UHGV virus genome: UHGV-0120889
Strand: one strand, 5' to 3'
DNA from: a virus
DNA: 64,000 bases
The notes beneath the pieces were generated by a model. The model ran no database searches. It was not told the DNA's origin and saw only the letters and a program-made list of their open reading frames with translations. Numbering within the stretch: position 1 is the stretch's first letter; every line of letters starts with the position of its first letter. Of this stretch, positions 37,553 to 46,724 are shown one piece after another. The position numbers were made by a program, and so were the translations under genes.

Positions 37553-38602
37553 ATGAATTTAACACCTCGCAGCACCATGGTACACGGCATGAAAGAAAAA
37601 CAGAACGGTTTCGAACCTATGAGTAATAAAATGTTTGGTATGCCGGGTGGTATTATGGAAACATACAGCTACCCAACACCTGTTGTTGACCACGTTCTTT
37701 ATATCGACGATTTGGAAGACCTGCAGGATCATATGTCTCGTCTGCAGACGATCCGTATGGCTCAGCCGGAAGAAAGCATTCGGGTGATCATCAATAGCCC
37801 TGGGGGTTGCGTGAACATTGCAATGGCTTATCTACAGGCATTCCGCGAGTCTCAGGCAAGCGTTGTTGCACATGCTGAAGGGATGTGCTGCTCTGCGGGA
37901 ACAATCTTATGGCTGGGTTGTAAAGAACGCACTGTGGCTCCGGACACAGAATTTATGTTCCACTACTATCAAGGTGGCACCTATGGTAATGGTGTGAACA
38001 TGAATACTCAGGTCAGCTACTGGAAAAAACGTTTTGAACGCCTGATCGAAAAATACTACGGTGGGGTGCTGACAGAAGATGAGATCGCATCCATCACAGC
38101 TGGTGGTGAAGTGTGGTTGGACGGAGAGGAGCTGGCAGCTCGAACTGGAGCCATCGTTCTGGATGAAGGCAACATACAGCGCATCCAGAACGGACAAAAA
38201 CCTAAAAAGCTTTTGGCAAAAGGTGATGAAGAAGGTGTGCTAGGTGAAGCAGGTCTTCCGGAGATTCACCAGTGCACCTCTTTAGATGAGCTAGTTCATG
38301 CTGTTGAATCTGCAAAAGCGGGTGGTTCGAAAGGTGATGTTCACACTGTGTTCCTGAACCTGCAGATGGAAAGTGGTGAGACCGTTAAGATTGCCTTAGG
38401 CGAGATTACCTCAGAAGATCTGCAGCGATTCTCTGTCGTTGAACTTCAAGACATTCTGTCCCAATTGAAGACAACCCTGAACGGCGGTGAAGAGGTTAAG
38501 GTAAAAGATAAGACTCGCAAGCGTCTGGTGGACAATATTATTAAAACAGCAAAAGAGCTCAATGAAAAAATCCTGGGTGCAGGAATTGTCGAAGAAGCTT
38601 AA
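37553..38602 (+). CDS. ClpP-family serine protease-like protein with C-terminal extension
   Basis: VIINSPGGCVNIAMAYLQAF and MCCSAGTILWLG resemble ClpP motifs; 349 aa, so about 150 extra C-terminal residues. Confidence 0.55.
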   Translation: MNLTPRSTMVHGMKEKQNGFEPMSNKMFGMPGGIMETYSYPTPVVDHVLYIDDLEDLQDHMSRLQTIRMAQPEESIRVIINSPGGCVNIAMAYLQAFRESQASVVAHAEGMCCSAGTILWLGCKERTVAPDTEFMFHYYQGGTYGNGVNMNTQVSYWKKRFERLIEKYYGGVLTEDEIASITAGGEVWLDGEELAARTGAIVLDEGNIQRIQNGQKPKKLLAKGDEEGVLGEAGLPEIHQCTSLDELVHAVESAKAGGSKGDVHTVFLNLQMESGETVKIALGEITSEDLQRFSVVELQDILSQLKTTLNGGEEVKVKDKTRKRLVDNIIKTAKELNEKILGAGIVEEA

Positions 38603-38613
38603 ACATTAATTCT

Positions 38614-38636
38614 AAAGCCCTCTTCGGAGGGCTTTT
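38614..38636 (+). terminator. rho-independent terminator
   Basis: Hairpin AAAGCCCTC-TTCG-GAGGGCTTT followed by T-run. Confidence 0.65.
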
Positions 38637-38653
38637 ATGATCTGGAGATTTGC

Positions 38654-39187
38654 ATGACTTGTGCTCGAAAACCTGATGAACAACGTAACGCCTACGATGA
38701 GTATGTGACACCGGAGTGGTGTGCAGAAGGGCTGTACGACCTTATTCCGTTCCCAGAAGACTGGACCTACTTAGAGCCTTGCAGGAATAGTGCCTCAGGT
38801 GTGTTCTACTCCCGTATGCCGTTAGGATCTGCATGGGGAGAAATCCAAGAAGGTGTTGACTATCTGAATACAGAATACAACCATGTTGACTGTATTATCA
38901 CCAACCCACCATACAGTTTGGCTCGTGAGTTTGTAGACAAGGCGTTGAAAGATGCTGACGTAGTTATTATGCTTTTGCGTCTTAATTTTCTGGAAAGCAA
39001 AGCCAGATTTGAATGGTGGCTTGATAATGCACCTACCACTGTGATCACAATATCTAAGCGTCCATCTTTTCAATCAAATGGCAGAACTGACGGGCAAGCA
39101 TATGCATATTTTGTGTGGGATAAGAAAAACCGTTTAGGCTTGCCGCCATTTATGTGGTTGGCACCCCCAGAGGTAGACCTGAAATGA
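38654..39187 (+). CDS. DNA N6-adenine methyltransferase (small Dam-like)
   Basis: Motif IV IITNPPY; 177 aa. Confidence 0.5.
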   Translation: MTCARKPDEQRNAYDEYVTPEWCAEGLYDLIPFPEDWTYLEPCRNSASGVFYSRMPLGSAWGEIQEGVDYLNTEYNHVDCIITNPPYSLAREFVDKALKDADVVIMLLRLNFLESKARFEWWLDNAPTTVITISKRPSFQSNGRTDGQAYAYFVWDKKNRLGLPPFMWLAPPEVDLK

Positions 39188-39468
39188 AAATGAGTGCTAA
39201 GGACAAATTACACCAGCTAGCGCTAAAACGCCCTGTAACGCTCCCTGACGAGCTTAACTCCATTTATGATGCGATTGTAGGGGAGATACAAAATAAAGCG
39301 TTAGCAGGCTTTCTGGGGTGCGGATTTTCGATAAATCTACCCTCGCATCTCTCAGATTACTTCCCGCACATTGTTGGAGATTTAAGGGCAGGAGGTCTGC
39401 AGGTAGATGTTGTTGGCATCTCCCCAGAGAAAAATAATACGGTTGCCTACTTGACAGTAACCTGGTAG
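39184..39468 (+). CDS. hypothetical protein
   Basis: Track ORF trimmed to ATG 39184 overlapping upstream stop. Confidence 0.35.
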   Translation: MKMSAKDKLHQLALKRPVTLPDELNSIYDAIVGEIQNKALAGFLGCGFSINLPSHLSDYFPHIVGDLRAGGLQVDVVGISPEKNNTVAYLTVTW

Positions 39469-39744
39469 TTGTGTATTGTTGTTTTCAACAAGAGGGGGTC
39501 ATTTATGTACAAGTCATTTTCAATCTACTCAAGACAGGCGAAACACTACACAGAGATCCTGATCACTCAGAAAAAATTTGTGGAAGGTGAGTGGGAATAT
39601 CACCATAAAATGTTGCGTCCAGACTGGGTTTTTGATAGACTTATTGCTATGATCCCTCTCGGAGAAGTATACCCTCTGACAGCCCATCGCGATGCTTGGG
39701 ATTTAATTGATTACATAGATTCATTTAAGGAGCCTAGATTATGA
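39469..39744 (+). CDS. hypothetical protein
   Basis: 91 aa ORF. Confidence 0.35.
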   Translation: MCIVVFNKRGSFMYKSFSIYSRQAKHYTEILITQKKFVEGEWEYHHKMLRPDWVFDRLIAMIPLGEVYPLTAHRDAWDLIDYIDSFKEPRL

Positions 39745-40139
39745 AGATTGAGATTACTAAAGAAGGTAAGAAAGTGTCCGGCAACTATGCAACAGTAATT
39801 CGGGATTTAATGTTTGAAGCCACCAAGATCGGTACATCTAAAGTTGGTCAAACTGTTAGTGTGAAAAGTAATATCTCCACAGGAGAGAAGGTATTCATTG
39901 TGGTCAAAGGGCAGGATCCCGTGGAAGGAACAGTGGGCCGAGGTGGCTACCTGTGCATTTCTGAAGAGCCGCGTATGTTAGTGGCTGACGCTACTATGGG
40001 TGGGAAACGTGTGTGCGAGGCGGATGAGGTAATGATTATCCAACCTGTTGATCCAGATGACCCAGCAACTTGGGTGGTAGGAAATGAAATCTTCTCTTTA
40101 GAAGAGTTATCCTTCCCAGCACCGCGCTCTGTTCAGTAA
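39741..40139 (+). CDS. hypothetical small protein (N-terminus MKIEIT)
   Basis: 132 aa; shares N-terminal MK(I/V)EIT with several downstream ORFs. Confidence 0.4.
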   Translation: MKIEITKEGKKVSGNYATVIRDLMFEATKIGTSKVGQTVSVKSNISTGEKVFIVVKGQDPVEGTVGRGGYLCISEEPRMLVADATMGGKRVCEADEVMIIQPVDPDDPATWVVGNEIFSLEELSFPAPRSVQ

Positions 40140-40176
40140 TAATTTATCTTACCAGGGACGGTAGGTAGGAGGTAGC

Positions 40177-40410
40177 ATGAAAGTTAAATTTCTTACAGAT
40201 TTAGGGTACCCTTCCTTGGTTGACTGTGTTGGTAAAATTGTGGAAGCAAAACGGCTATCTGCAAACGAGAATGTTGTCCTGGTTAAAGGGAAGGATTTAC
40301 TAGCTGCAGGTGCAGAGTCTGGCAGGATCTCTCCTGATTATATGTATTACCTATCTTTAAGTAATCTGCCAGAGCGAGGCGGTAAAGGCCTTGAAGTTGT
40401 GGAGGAGTGA
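40177..40410 (+). CDS. hypothetical small acidic protein (C-terminus LEVVEE)
   Basis: 77 aa; family member. Confidence 0.4.
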   Translation: MKVKFLTDLGYPSLVDCVGKIVEAKRLSANENVVLVKGKDLLAAGAESGRISPDYMYYLSLSNLPERGGKGLEVVEE

Positions 40411-40940
40411 CAGGTATGCTTCTGATTAACTGGGAAGACCTCTATGGGGACAAAGACCCTGTTGCGTTTGTTGATCGTAGGTGGAGATACACTGAAGAAC
40501 AACTGGCGGCAAAAAATTTAACTGCAAAACGCAGAAAGATCATCCAGTGCAAGTACAAATACGCACAGTTTGCTGCAAAAGTGTCTCCACAAATCGAGAG
40601 CTTTGTGCTTAAATTGTATGACGAGTACCTCAAATTCAAATTGGATTTTGTGCAGGTGTACCGTGCACAGGTACGACCAGATACCAACATATGTAGATGG
40701 AAGGTTGTTTGTGACGGTAAAGATTTGCCGCTCAGCTTGACAATTGAGTGGCGTTATGGGTATCATGAGTGTGGTCTGTATGATATTTGGGATGTCATTG
40801 TAGATCCTGCTAAGCACCTGAACACAGAGGAGCTGGAATATATCAATAAGATTATTCTTGATATGTTTTTCAGCTACACCCGTGAAAACTCTGGGAAAGA
40901 ACGGGATAATTTTCTTGACACCCTCAGCGACCATTTGTAG
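40407..40940 (+). CDS. hypothetical protein
   Basis: 177 aa ORF. Confidence 0.4.
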   Translation: MTGMLLINWEDLYGDKDPVAFVDRRWRYTEEQLAAKNLTAKRRKIIQCKYKYAQFAAKVSPQIESFVLKLYDEYLKFKLDFVQVYRAQVRPDTNICRWKVVCDGKDLPLSLTIEWRYGYHECGLYDIWDVIVDPAKHLNTEELEYINKIILDMFFSYTRENSGKERDNFLDTLSDHL

Positions 40941-40970
40941 TATACAATTTAACCTACAAAGGGAGGCCCA

Positions 40971-41198
40971 ATGAGTATAAATGTTGTGCTAATAGGTTAC
41001 CTGGTAATATCCGTTATAACAGCGGTATTCTTGACAGGTATATGCATCGTGTCCAGACGAAGGGTGAAGTTTGATGATTTTATCACCATCATCACTGCTG
41101 CGCCTTTTTGGCCTGTTGTTATCTTCATCGTAATAATGTGCCTAGTTGATTACTACAAGAATATCCGGAAGGAGAGTAGGGATGGAGACCACACCTAA
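40971..41198 (+). CDS. small membrane protein (two predicted TM helices)
   Basis: Two hydrophobic segments VLIGYLVISVITAVFLTGICIV and AAPFWPVVIFIVIMCLV. Confidence 0.4.
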   Translation: MSINVVLIGYLVISVITAVFLTGICIVSRRRVKFDDFITIITAAPFWPVVIFIVIMCLVDYYKNIRKESRDGDHT

Positions 41199-41334
41199 AA
41201 CTGTTTATACTGTTCTTAAAGAGATTGCGTTCTACGCAGATCTTAGCCAGGCACCTTTATGGGAAAAGAGCATGTATTTAAAATGGTGCGTTAATTTAGG
41301 GAGACCTTCCAGTGTTTCAAGCCATGTTTATTGA
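41182..41334 (+). CDS. hypothetical protein
   Basis: Trimmed to ATG 41182 (RBS GGAAGGAGAG). Confidence 0.3.
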   Translation: METTPKTVYTVLKEIAFYADLSQAPLWEKSMYLKWCVNLGRPSSVSSHVY

Positions 41335-41417
41335 GATGCTATCTGGGGTATTGTTACTGGTAGCCATCTTAGGTGGTGCAGTTCTGATGTATAACTATCT
41401 TGAAAAAGGAGACAGCA

Positions 41418-41603
41418 ATGGCAAAAAATAAATCTTTAGAGCAGGCTGAAAACCTTCTCCACGAGCTGGTAAAGGAGTGGAAAGTTGAATACTCAGATTT
41501 TAATGCACGAGAGGGTGAAGATTATTGGCCTACGGAGCGCTCAGAGGGCGAATGGTATCAAGATTTTATAGAGTGGTTATATCAGACGTGCGATGAGGGG
41601 TGA
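41418..41603 (+). CDS. hypothetical protein
   Basis: Trimmed to ATG 41418 (RBS AAGGAGA). Confidence 0.35.
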   Translation: MAKNKSLEQAENLLHELVKEWKVEYSDFNAREGEDYWPTERSEGEWYQDFIEWLYQTCDEG

Positions 41604-42061
41604 CGATGTTTGTTAAATATGTAAAAACGTGCCTCAACAGTCTTGGCAGAGAGCATTGGTACACCTTACTTGAAAAAGGAGAAATTTTAACAAAATCTGG
41701 AAAGATAACTTTGATACCCTTGGACGATAAAGACCCGTCACTCCTTGTCATAGATGATTACGTTACAGGTGTGTCGTACGAGGTCTCTGTGGAGAGGTTA
41801 ATACGCAGAGCTGGCGGCCCTTATGACCGAAGAGAGTATATTTTCGATTCTGTTACAGAGAAGGAAGATCCGTCTCTAATGTTCAGGATGGTAATCAGGG
41901 ATATGAAATCATCTATAAATAGGATCGTAAAGGACATTAAGGAGCCTTTTAGGGTAAAAGTTAAGAAGTTTTTTGATTCTAAGATTAACATACTTGCCGT
42001 TGTGCTAGGCGTAATTCAACTTCTGTTAATTTTGCACTATCTTGAACTGTTGTTTAAGTAG
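41600..42061 (+). CDS. hypothetical protein with C-terminal TM segment
   Basis: 153 aa; C-terminal ILAVVLGVIQLLLILHYL. Confidence 0.4.
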   Translation: MTMFVKYVKTCLNSLGREHWYTLLEKGEILTKSGKITLIPLDDKDPSLLVIDDYVTGVSYEVSVERLIRRAGGPYDRREYIFDSVTEKEDPSLMFRMVIRDMKSSINRIVKDIKEPFRVKVKKFFDSKINILAVVLGVIQLLLILHYLELLFK

Positions 42062-42121
42062 TGTGCAATAAGGCACAAAGGATGTGCCATAACTAAATAA
42101 ACTAAGAAAGAGGTAGAGAGA

Positions 42122-42469
42122 ATGCCAAAGATTAAATCGATATTAATGTGGGTAGCTGTTGTAGCTTTTGTAGGATACTGGACTTGGGAAACTGAATTAA
42201 AAGATATTGGATATACTAGTTTTGAGAGCAAGGCGTGCATTGGTATAACCGATGCGTTCAGGCAAAATGCTATGGATCACGAATGTGTTGATGCAGATAT
42301 AGATGAGAAACTGTCTAAGGACAAAGATTTTTACCATGGGCATGCTTTGCTTGATAGTGGTGATACTGTAGAGTTCTGGTCGTGGTTCCGTGAAGATGGA
42401 ACAATAAAAACAGCAGTAAAGATCTCTAACAAAGAGTTAATGCTGTTGCAGCAGAAGGAGGCTCAATGA
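42122..42469 (+). CDS. hypothetical protein with N-terminal signal/TM
   Basis: 115 aa; N-terminal ILMWVAVVAFVGYWTW. Confidence 0.4.
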   Translation: MPKIKSILMWVAVVAFVGYWTWETELKDIGYTSFESKACIGITDAFRQNAMDHECVDADIDEKLSKDKDFYHGHALLDSGDTVEFWSWFREDGTIKTAVKISNKELMLLQQKEAQ

Positions 42470-42753
42470 TCTGGATATCCTATGCTGATGGCACCATGCT
42501 GTATACTGCAGGTACCAGATATGAAGTTCAGGAGAACGATAAAAAATTTATCGTAAGAACATTTGACAAGGACGACAACCTTTTGCTAGAATTGACTTAC
42601 AAGGTTGGAGAGGTATCCAATATCCAATTGGATTGTGGTCATAAAGATAATCCACTCAAAAAACCTGGAATAGGCAAGGCTTCAGAAGAACGTTTGTCTC
42701 GTATTGCAGAAAGCGTTTCTACACAAAAATCTAAGAAGGGGACTAGAAAATGA
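42466..42753 (+). CDS. hypothetical protein
   Basis: 95 aa. Confidence 0.4.
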   Translation: MIWISYADGTMLYTAGTRYEVQENDKKFIVRTFDKDDNLLLELTYKVGEVSNIQLDCGHKDNPLKKPGIGKASEERLSRIAESVSTQKSKKGTRK

Positions 42754-42944
42754 AAAACTTACGTTTTAACACTTATTACTACAACACATTGAATGATTTG
42801 TACTATATTGTTCGAAGTAAAAGTCCTGAAACAGTCCTATTCTGCCGTGAACCTTTCAAAGGGGAGGAAGTAGAGTCTGAGATGAATGTTAGCCAAATCA
42901 CCTCTTTGTTGCTCTCAGGCGCAATGGAAGAAGCAATATTCTAA
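42750..42944 (+). CDS. hypothetical protein
   Basis: 64 aa. Confidence 0.35.
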   Translation: MKNLRFNTYYYNTLNDLYYIVRSKSPETVLFCREPFKGEEVESEMNVSQITSLLLSGAMEEAIF

Positions 42945-42962
42945 ACCGGGCGGGAGGGTTTT

Positions 42963-43148
42963 ATGAAGCACTATTGCCTGTCTGGTAGAATGGGTGCAGA
43001 TTGTGATTGGGTTTTCTTAAAACTTGTCAGCATTCGAGAGTTCATCCCAGAGGAAGAGCAAGAAAGCGAGCTGATGTCATGGATCAACCATTATGGTAAC
43101 ACTTTTCGACATGTTAAGGTAGAAGAGTTGCCAAGCGAGGCTGATTGA
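42963..43148 (+). CDS. hypothetical protein
   Basis: 61 aa. Confidence 0.35.
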   Translation: MKHYCLSGRMGADCDWVFLKLVSIREFIPEEEQESELMSWINHYGNTFRHVKVEELPSEAD

Positions 43149-43243
43149 CTATGATTGCATCAATATTAACGTTTATGGGTGGCGTGGCATTCGGATTCAT
43201 TGTTTGCCTGTTTATAGTGATTATGTCTATGCGAGGCTGAATT

Positions 43244-43540
43244 ATGAAACTTTTTGAGTGGTTTAAAAAGTTTAAATATAAAGCTGTAGCCATCGTGCCG
43301 TGGTCAATTCAGTGGGTTGATGAAGGTGGTCTACCAATACCTGGTGACAAAGATACTGGGTACTGGATTATGATGGAGAACGGGTTTGGAAAGCGAAAGT
43401 ATACGTGCACAAACTCTACTCGATCTGCACTTAATAGAGTGCCTGGTTACAAACTTATGGTTGTGTGGAAAATGTCAGGCGTCCCTCCAGCCAATGCTCA
43501 ATTTCTTACTGACAATCCTACCACGGTAGAGGAAGATTGA
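43244..43540 (+). CDS. hypothetical protein
   Basis: 98 aa. Confidence 0.4.
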   Translation: MKLFEWFKKFKYKAVAIVPWSIQWVDEGGLPIPGDKDTGYWIMMENGFGKRKYTCTNSTRSALNRVPGYKLMVVWKMSGVPPANAQFLTDNPTTVEED

Positions 43541-43824
43541 TAATGAAAAAGATTAACAGTAGTGAAGTCGAGTTTAAACTTGTCGGAAAAGGCACTTACT
43601 GGGAAGTTCGTCAAAAGGTATATTTGTTCGGTCTTATTCCTTACTGGTCTAAATTCTACTGGGGAGCTAACGAGTGGGGAAGATACGCCACCAAATCAAT
43701 GGCACTTATTGGTATAGCAGAGTACATTGCAGCCAGAGATAGGGTTGGAGACACTTATTACTATACTGCGGACGATATTCGTAACAGTGTTTACGTCCCA
43801 CAACCACCTGATAGAGACCGTTGA
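43537..43824 (+). CDS. hypothetical protein
   Basis: 95 aa. Confidence 0.4.
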   Translation: MIMKKINSSEVEFKLVGKGTYWEVRQKVYLFGLIPYWSKFYWGANEWGRYATKSMALIGIAEYIAARDRVGDTYYYTADDIRNSVYVPQPPDRDR

Positions 43825-44047
43825 TGAAAGTTAAAGTTTTAGATTCAAGCTTCTATATTGGTCAGGAGCCCTTAGTGGGGAAGTGTTTACTGCTGTCCCT
43901 AACGAAGATTACCCCGACCTTTTAAAAATAAAAGGAGCAGACCTGATCACCGCTGGTGCACCTGAATATTATTTCGGGGAAGAGTCCTATTATACCTTTG
44001 GGGTAGGGTCAGATGCAGATATTGTAGAGCTGTGATGGGTAACCGTT

Positions 44048-44446
44048 GTGAAAAATAAACTGTTCAAAGTTACAATGAAAATTCGCGGAGCTTGGAGCGT
44101 AAAGCAAGGGCGTATTCCAGAATTTGAGAAAGACTTCTACGTAGTCTCCACCTCGGAGGAGGCTGCATGCTGGCAAGCTGGCTATGCCTATGCAAGAACC
44201 TGGTACGAAGGATACCAGACTGGGGGCTATGACGGAGAAATTATCAGCAAGGGTGTAGAAGAAATTAATGTGTTGACAAGTGAAAAAGTTTTTGTTATAG
44301 TGCATCCAGATTCCAGAGTGAAGCATTACTGGAATGCCAGAACAAAAACTTGGACACCGTTTGCAGATTCTGCTACGCCACTTTTAAACCAGAAAGCTCT
44401 TGACTCTGCCCCAAGTTATGGGGTTGTTGAAGAAAAGCTAAACTGA
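44048..44446 (+). CDS. hypothetical protein, paralogue of 46253-46648
   Basis: Shares FV(I/M).HP.S...YW and (T/E)WTP with 46253-46648. Confidence 0.45.
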   Translation: MKNKLFKVTMKIRGAWSVKQGRIPEFEKDFYVVSTSEEAACWQAGYAYARTWYEGYQTGGYDGEIISKGVEEINVLTSEKVFVIVHPDSRVKHYWNARTKTWTPFADSATPLLNQKALDSAPSYGVVEEKLN

Positions 44447-44463
44447 AACAGTGAGGTGCCACT

Positions 44464-44754
44464 ATGATGGATTTAGTTCTGAATATTGATAACGCAGGAG
44501 AGCTTAAAGACGATGGTGTAACAAGCATGGACAAACCCTGCTCTGCCGAGGTTGACTCAAAATGGACCTACAAGTTTGACGGAGAGATCTTCGCAAATGA
44601 TGAGAAGGTTGTAGATGCTGCAGCCATTTTGAACGCTTTAGGGTACGACCCTGTGAATTCTTTGATCAAGGATCCTGTTGAGTTTGCAGAGTATGTTCGA
44701 AAAATGGCAGATCTTGCTGTGGATATTTTAAAAACTATCGATAACAAGCTGTAA
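44464..44754 (+). CDS. hypothetical protein
   Basis: 96 aa acidic. Confidence 0.4.
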   Translation: MMDLVLNIDNAGELKDDGVTSMDKPCSAEVDSKWTYKFDGEIFANDEKVVDAAAILNALGYDPVNSLIKDPVEFAEYVRKMADLAVDILKTIDNKL

Positions 44755-44760
44755 AAACTG

Positions 44761-44789
44761 TTGACACAACGCTTCAGATTTAGTATCAT
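44761..44789 (+). promoter_or_regulatory. sigma70-like promoter (TTGACA-N17-TATCAT) upstream of HPF-like gene
   Basis: TTGACA at 44761-44766, TATCAT at 44784-44789; followed by leader hairpin AGAGGG-TTTGGTT-CCCTCT plus TCTTT (44799-44822). Confidence 0.55.
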
Positions 44790-44836
44790 TGTTTTCAAAG
44801 AGGGTTTGGTTCCCTCTTCTTTAAAAGGAACACGTT

Positions 44837-45154
44837 ATGCAAATTGAAATCACTGGCAACGTAGAAATCACTGAAGGTATGGTGTCTTTCATTTCCCACA
44901 AAATGTCTAAGCTGGAGCGTTTGCACCCCTCTGCCAACTATGCACGTGTGAGTGTAAAAGTTGAAAATGATCACCAGGAAGTTATGGCGTTCATTTTTGA
45001 CAATTCCGGAAAAGAAGTTATTGCCAAAGCTAAAGGTAGCGATGCTTACGAGGCAACTGACCGTATGGTAGATGTTGCAGCACGTCAGCTGGCTAAATGT
45101 GGTGGAAAGAAAGGTAAGGGGAAAGGCAAAGTAAAGATTGACTTTGTAGAATGA
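44837..45154 (+). CDS. hpf: ribosome hibernation promoting factor homologue (HPF/YfiA/RaiA family)
   Basis: MQIEITGNVEITEGM...KLER...VSVKVEN...AKGSDAYEATDRMVDVAARQLAK tracks E. coli HPF (MQLNITGNNVEITEAL...KLEQ...LKVEK...AEGQDMYAAIDGLIDKLARQLTK) as recalled; Lys/Gly-rich tail. Confidence 0.7.
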   Translation: MQIEITGNVEITEGMVSFISHKMSKLERLHPSANYARVSVKVENDHQEVMAFIFDNSGKEVIAKAKGSDAYEATDRMVDVAARQLAKCGGKKGKGKGKVKIDFVE

Positions 45155-45291
45155 GGTGCTACAATGAGCGTGATTAAGAAATTAGTCCCAAATGTAGAGA
45201 TTGCATGCTTTGAAATTATGTTTGCAATCGCAGTTGTAGTTAATGTGTTAGGTTACGGCTATTAATATCAAATAATTGAGGAGACCTCTAA

Positions 45292-45561
45292 ATGAAAATT
45301 AAATTATTCAAAACTGAGCTGGCAGACAAAAACTGTGGACTGGTTGAAGGCATGATTGTTGAAGCACAACCAGTGGACTATATGAAGGTGGTTCGTGATG
45401 CCCTGGGTGAAGGTTTTGATCTGATGGAGCCAGCTCTGCGAGAAGATGTTATCGAGATGGCTAAAAAGCACACACCTGAGGGTTTGGTGGTGTTTGTTGC
45501 ACCTGGTAATGGAGAAGAGTTGATTGTAACTCCTGATGTGTATGAGATTGTAGAGGAATAA
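45292..45561 (+). CDS. hypothetical small acidic protein (MKIKL..., C-terminus YEIVEE)
   Basis: 89 aa; family member. Confidence 0.4.
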   Translation: MKIKLFKTELADKNCGLVEGMIVEAQPVDYMKVVRDALGEGFDLMEPALREDVIEMAKKHTPEGLVVFVAPGNGEELIVTPDVYEIVEE

Positions 45562-45652
45562 TCCTGCTTGGATTAGCATACTTCCTCGCTAAGGAAGATT
45601 TGTAATTATTTGTGGGAAAGGAATCCCAATCTCTTACCAGAGGTGATACTAT

Positions 45653-45916
45653 ATGATTGTTTATTTTAAAACTTCAGGTGGATACCCTGATTCTCAAAGC
45701 TTGATCGGAAAAACGTGCACAGCATACTCACCTCTTGATGAGGAGGTAAGTGATATTCTACGAAATATGTATCGGATTGACCCCCAAGAAGCTTTTGATC
45801 AAAACCTTGTATTTGTCAAGGGCTCAGACATGAAGTCTTTGGGAGCATTCCCTGAAGCAGATGATGATGCCGTTTATTCGTTCATGACTCCTTTTGAAGC
45901 TATGGTTGTTGGGTGA
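45653..45916 (+). CDS. hypothetical small acidic protein
   Basis: 87 aa. Confidence 0.4.
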   Translation: MIVYFKTSGGYPDSQSLIGKTCTAYSPLDEEVSDILRNMYRIDPQEAFDQNLVFVKGSDMKSLGAFPEADDDAVYSFMTPFEAMVVG

Positions 45917-45920
45917 TAAT

Positions 45921-46253
45921 ATGAAAGTACGCTTTATTGGTGAAACAATTCCTGTGCATCTCCGGTCTCCTGAGGATTCTGCAGATCTTGCATCTCAAAA
46001 GGCGAGAGGTTATGATAAGAAAGTAACCTCAACTGATGTAGTGCTTGAGGCTACTAGTCTACCTGACCCTGCTGCATTCTTTAATCATTATGGGTACTAT
46101 TTCAGCAATCTGATGAATATCGGTGAGCTTGTGTTTATTAGTGGTGGAGAGATTGTTAGCAAGCTTGGCGGCGATCCGGATGTCTTTCATGAAACCTGTC
46201 CTTTTGCATTTGTGGTAGGTTCAGATGTGGAAGTTATTGAGGAGGTGCGGTAA
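45921..46253 (+). CDS. hypothetical small acidic protein (C-terminus VEVIEEVR)
   Basis: Trimmed to ATG 45921 (MKVRFIGE...). Confidence 0.4.
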   Translation: MKVRFIGETIPVHLRSPEDSADLASQKARGYDKKVTSTDVVLEATSLPDPAAFFNHYGYYFSNLMNIGELVFISGGEIVSKLGGDPDVFHETCPFAFVVGSDVEVIEEVR

Positions 46254-46648
46254 TGGTAAGCCTATACCGTGTTGAGTATAGCTCAGATACTGTATACAAC
46301 GTAAGAAGCAAAGATCGCAGCGACAGAGTGCAAGAAATGTATGTTCTTGCCGACAGTCCGTTATCTGCAGCGTTCAAGGCAGGGGCTCTTGCATCTCGTT
46401 GGAAATTTGAAGGCGGATCTTTCTATGAAGAAACCCTTGAAGATTCTGTTGTTATTTCTTCTGTAGAGGTTTCAGATGACTACGAAGGGAAAAAGTTCGT
46501 AATGCGGCACCCACACAGCAACATTGCGTACTACTGGGATGTTCTGAACAACGAGTGGACCCCAGATCTTCAGAAGGCTACTGTGCTAACACCGTTTTTG
46601 GCAGATAAGTTCCCACCAGAAGGTAATTTATCCGCACTGTTTCAGTAA
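46253..46648 (+). CDS. hypothetical protein, paralogue of 44048-44446
   Basis: 131 aa; KKFVMRHPHSNIAYYWDVLNNEWTP versus KVFVIVHPDSRVKHYWNARTKTWTP. Confidence 0.45.
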   Translation: MVSLYRVEYSSDTVYNVRSKDRSDRVQEMYVLADSPLSAAFKAGALASRWKFEGGSFYEETLEDSVVISSVEVSDDYEGKKFVMRHPHSNIAYYWDVLNNEWTPDLQKATVLTPFLADKFPPEGNLSALFQ

Positions 46649-46724
46649 TTTTCTTGCACACAGGTGTTGACAACGCCAACCCTGTGTGAAATAATACCTT
46701 CATCTTAACAAGACAGGAGACCGA

